A stretch of DNA of 62,956 nt, the filler included, from Rhabdomonas costata (Eukaryota), in the NCBI GenBank assembly GCA_019059605.1. It is 49 parts of 49 records of this genome, joined end to end, with 100 filler letters (N's around TTAATTAATTAA, not from the genome) between each part and the next. Parts side by side here need not be neighbours in the genome. Positions count along the whole stretch, not along the records: positions 57,912 to 59,097 come from JAHMHO010024487.1; positions 59,198 to 60,383 come from JAHMHO010024488.1; positions 60,484 to 61,669 come from JAHMHO010024489.1; positions 61,770 to 62,956 come from JAHMHO010024490.1; 45 more parts are not named here. One strand, written 5' to 3'. Under the pieces are notes generated by a model. The model had not been told where the DNA came from. It ran no database searches and was given only the letters and a program-made list of their open reading frames with translations. Below are positions 58,825-62,956 of this stretch, piece by piece; the first letter of the stretch is position 1, and the number at the start of each line of letters is the position of its first letter. The position numbers and the translations under genes are program-made.

Positions 58825-60483
58825 GTTTGCTCCGTTCTGTCCCCCACCCACCCCAACCTGCGTGCCGGCCACACCGGCCAGCTGACTCTAGACAAATGAG
58901 CACCAAGATGGCAGCTTCGCCGCATCGGCGAAATCACCCAGTGCGCCAAATGCCAGCGGTCGCGCTCGTTTCTTTGCTTTCATAGCACGCGTCGCATTGA
59001 TGGCGATTCGACTTCCCCTCAAACAGACACGCCCTGTTCAGTTCTCACCACCGTATATCTTCGAAGTGCACCACACACAACCACACACACCCAACACNNN
59101 NNNNNNNNNNNNNNNNNNNNNNNNNNNNNNNNNNNNNNNNNTTAATTAATTAANNNNNNNNNNNNNNNNNNNNNNNNNNNNNNNNNNNNNNNNNNNNGGG
59201 TGTGGGGCACCATATGGTGCGCAGTGTGGTTCGTCGCGGTCAATTGTTCAGAGTCCATTGCGGGATGCATTGCTTCGAGAAATGACTGTAATAATGCCCG
59301 GGCCACCTGAAAAGCATGAATTTTTTTTTTTGAGATGAGCTCTAAAGAAGGCGTTTTTACCTTACCAGCGAAATTTCCTATGAAAAAGATCTGCTGTGGA
59401 ATTTCTGTTGAAAAGTTGTATTTGAACAGCTTGGTGGGAATAGGTATCTGCGCAAACGGAGCTGAAAAGGCTACATAGCCCCATGGTTTTCTCTCATGGC
59501 ACGCGGCTGTATGGGTGTTTCAGGAAATTTACAGGCTTTGCCGACATTAAAACGACCTTACTGAGTGTCAGCACATCTCTTTGAGATTTTCAGTTGGCCA
59601 GCTTTTGCCAATTATCCCATCAGTTGTAACTGTCACTTTTTACTTGACCCCGCGCCGTATAAAGGCATTGTCTTCCTAGGTGCAATGGAATCTTGGGCAA
59701 GTTGCATTAGAGGGTGGGTGATGACGGCTTGATATTTTGAGTCATACAAGACGAATTTCTGAACATAGGACAGACCAGCGAAGTGGGGGTGAAGAAGAGG
59801 GAGGGGTGGATTAGATTTCCCGAAACGAGCAACGCTCACAAAAGCCTTCGAATCTCTTCAGAACACTCTTCTGGAGTCACCAGGCAACTCATACAATATT
59901 TCCCCCCGGTCGCTCAGTGATACCGAGTAAACAACTCCGCTTAAGGGACACAAACGGTACTATCACATGTGGTCACGGAACATGTGCGCGAGTATGTTTG
60001 AGAGGGAGAGGAGGGCGAGACGCAGACCCGAGTTGAACTGCCTCAGCTCCTTGTCCTGAGTAAGCCGGGGCAGGATGTGCTCGTTGCGGAAGTCCGACTT
60101 GTACATGCTGAACAAGGCGAAACAAGGGAAGCGCGCCACAGGAAAGCAGGAGGGGAAGGGTTAGATATCGTGAAAATTCGTAAATATTGTTGGAAGGTAA
60201 ATTGTTATACGAGTCAAAGGGGGATCACCGGATGTGAACCCCTTTGCTTTTGCCGTGCACAAAGCTGGCCTTGGAGTGCCCATTGATCTCTATACTCCCA
60301 ATGCTCCACCGTTTCTTTCCTTTCATTAAAACATGACCCACTGATGCTTGCAAACCCAACGTTGAAGTGTTTACCACACAACANNNNNNNNNNNNNNNNN
60401 NNNNNNNNNNNNNNNNNNNNNNNNNNNTTAATTAATTAANNNNNNNNNNNNNNNNNNNNNNNNNNNNNNNNNNNNNNNNNNNN

Positions 60484-60588
60484 GGGCTTAGGGTGGGCCA
60501 ACGTGGTTCTTATCCCAGCAAAAGGGGTGATGATCCAGTCCAAAGGGGTGTCGTGAGCCTCCATGGGCAGTTGCCCGTCCTCCACAAT
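60484..60588 (-). CDS. 5-formyltetrahydrofolate cyclo-ligase family (MTHFSD-like) exon, truncated
   Basis: After CTTAAG: IVEDGQLPMEAHDTPLDWIITPFAGIRTTLAHPKP, showing HDxxxDxIxTP plus a downstream PKP as in MTHFSD-type proteins. Not in the ORF track. Confidence 0.7.
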
Positions 60589-62165
60589 CTTAAGCCCAAA
60601 AACCCATCCCCACAACGTCGGAACAATTCGATGGCGGTGGCAATTGCAAATGTAATATCAAACTGACTTCGTGATGGCGCACTTGAAACAGGCGAGGAAA
60701 ATGTGACCTAAGGCAGAGGGTCAGGTAAGCTCTGCAAAGGTTCCCTAAAAATGTTTGGTTTTCGAGGTTTGGATTTGGGTGACATTCTGCAATACCGCTG
60801 AAGCCTATTGCTGGCTTGCTTGGTGAACAAGCGCGAGATTTAGTCCTGGAACTGGAAGCCAGTGTCTCGTGTGATTGATCGCAAGGCTTTCCTGTGATTG
60901 ACACGGCATGACCACAATGATTGAGCCTGGCCAAGTTGTCTTGCCCCACAAACTACTCGGAAGTGGGGTCTTTTTCTCTGAGTAAAGAAGGGGTATTGAA
61001 GGGGATTTTCGGTGCAGAGGACCTGAGGGCAACGGTAACAACGGAACAAACGTTTTTCTTGACAAAATTGATGAGCGATGGGGGCAAGACCTGCAGGGGA
61101 TGCACCGTGGTCACCACTGGAGTGGAGGAGGACACCAGTTTCTTCCCTCGAAGTATTCCCAGCTCCAGGTCAGCAAACCCAGCTCCCTTGCCTCACACAA
61201 GATCAACACACAGGAATTATATTATACTGGCAGGAAAAGAGAACAAGTGAACAAGTACATCTGATGTGATGATGACAGCTACCCCAAAAGGTCCGGAAAA
61301 AAGCATCCGTTTAATGCAAGACTCCTCGCTCATTTCCCCTTCAAGGCCCCAACCTTGACTCGCCTTGCTTTGATGACCTGAACGACATGTCGTTCTCCCA
61401 ATTAAATGTAAAGAAAGGCAGGCGATGTATGCCAAGAAAGGGGAGCAACAGACATGATCTAGCATTCGGCAAACATCAGGAACCCACTAGAGAATCGAGA
61501 CCTGTGCGAGACCCGTCCCTCGAGACGGCCACGCAGCCCGTGACCACGAGATCAATGGGGCGCATCTCAGAAAAGGAGACCAGCCGACCATGGCGAAAAG
61601 CATCCTGGAAACCAATGCACCAGCATGATTTTACATGAGTAGGCTTTCTCCCCTCAACCCCCCCCAACANNNNNNNNNNNNNNNNNNNNNNNNNNNNNNN
61701 NNNNNNNNNNNNNTTAATTAATTAANNNNNNNNNNNNNNNNNNNNNNNNNNNNNNNNNNNNNNNNNNNNGGGGGTGGGGGGCACACTGTGTAGTGCCGTC
61801 CATCTCAAAGTTCTGAAATCAGGAAGGCAGGAATGCAAGGACCAGTAGCGGCCAACTGTGCTCAAAATTCTTACTAACATTCAACGAATGAGCTCTCTCT
61901 TTCTCTCGCGAATATCTTTAGGTCCATGTAAAATGGCTTGCTGTCCAGCAAGGCAACAGTCCCGTCTAAGTGACTCGCGACTCGCTAGCCGACGCATGCT
62001 CGGCGTGCACGAGACATCTGTGCGCTTTTTCTTGGAGAGAATTGGGCACTAACAACAGAAGTGCGCTTTTGAAGCAGATTCCATTTCTCCTCCGAGATGC
62101 AGCTGCCAGTGTGTGCTTATGTGCGTGTGTGTTTTTGTTTTGTTTTGTTTTGCTTTGTTGTATTT

Positions 62166-62220
62166 TGCTGTGCTGTGCTGTGCTGTGCTGTGCTGTGCTG
62201 TGCTGTGCAGTGCTGTGCTG
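62166..62220 (+). repeat. Microsatellite (TGTGC)n
   Basis: Read directly from the sequence. Confidence 0.95.
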
Positions 62221-62956
62221 GGTTACGTTGTGTTGTATGTGTGTGATCGCGGACCCGGAACATCGCCCGGCATCGCCGACAGAGGTGGTACGCCTGGGCG
62301 GAGCCCTCGGTGTCCTCGAGAGATCCCTCCATCGCGTCCATCCTCAGGGGAAGGGGGCCCTACTCACAGTTTTTGAAGAGTGAATCCATCAGATGCGCAG
62401 GCGCAGCCACATGCGCAGAATAACAAGAACATCAAAACGGACACAGAACAGAGCGACTTCATGAAACCGGGGCAAAAACTTCCAAACCCCGCAATACAGG
62501 CACCCTATTGTTGTGTGTGAGGGGGGGATTGGACACTGAATCTCCACGCCAACAAGTTTTGCTTTTGATTGACAGCGTTGACGAACACCGCTGAGGGTCC
62601 CTCGAAATGAGCACCCTCCCATTCACGTCAAAAGCACACGCGACCTTCCTTCTTTTCATAATTCATTTCGAAAAATTTCCGCAGAAGCAGACGTCTCTGT
62701 CAAAGAACAATTCCGGGCGTCTGGTGGCGCTAACCGAGATGCCAAAAAAACAGCCAGAAATGAACAAATTAAGGCAGGTACCGCACAAAACATGGAGCTT
62801 TGCATCTCGGCAGGCCACCGAGATGAAGAGGGAAGATTGGTTGGTGGTGCCTGACTTGAGATTCGGTCTCTTTATGAAAACAAAGAATGAAGGCCAAGAA
62901 ACCAACATTCTACCGACACGGTACCACAGGGTCGGAGCTCATATCAATACACAGAG

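Noticed and set aside
59555..59575. CTGAGTGTC resembling part of the euglenid spliced-leader exon
   Set aside because: Only a 9-nt match, without the rest of the leader or a donor site.
1187..61769. Regularly spaced TTAATTAATTAA with unique intervening sequence, superficially like a CRISPR or repeat array
   Set aside because: It is an artificial all-frame-stop linker embedded in Ns between concatenated contigs.
1..62956. Gene neighbourhoods across spacers, for example viral genes beside retroelements or host genes forming a system
   Set aside because: The contigs appear grouped only by length (all about 1.19 kb), so adjacency has no biological meaning.

Overview
This window is not a contiguous chromosome. 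It is about 49 unrelated contigs of nearly identical length (about 1.19 kb), joined by artificial 100-bp spacers (N-run + TTAATTAATTAA + N-run, period about 1287 bp). Synteny across spacers is meaningless, and most ORF-track entries are spurious. Most contigs come from an intron-rich protist, inferred to be a euglenozoan and probably a euglenid. Recognisable exons include RBM28/NOP4, SPTLC1/LCB1, NFS1, EEFSEC, an RBR E3 ligase, a dynein intermediate chain, an MTHFSD-like protein, SH3 and pentraxin domains, and a Cys-rich modular surface protein. Decayed Ty3/gypsy (gag, RT-RNaseH, integrase) and CRE-like non-LTR retroelements are also present. Two AT-rich, intronless contigs look like a Mimiviridae-type giant virus. 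One holds an mRNA capping enzyme N-terminus preceded by the AAAATTGA early promoter; the other is a fully open modular fibre-like repeat protein. G/T-only contig starts, C/A-only ends and terminal fold-backs point to whole-genome-amplified, probably single-cell, material. The best lead is a candidate protist host plus giant virus pairing, or an endogenised virus. All assignments come from reading the sequence and recalled family motifs; no database searches were run.
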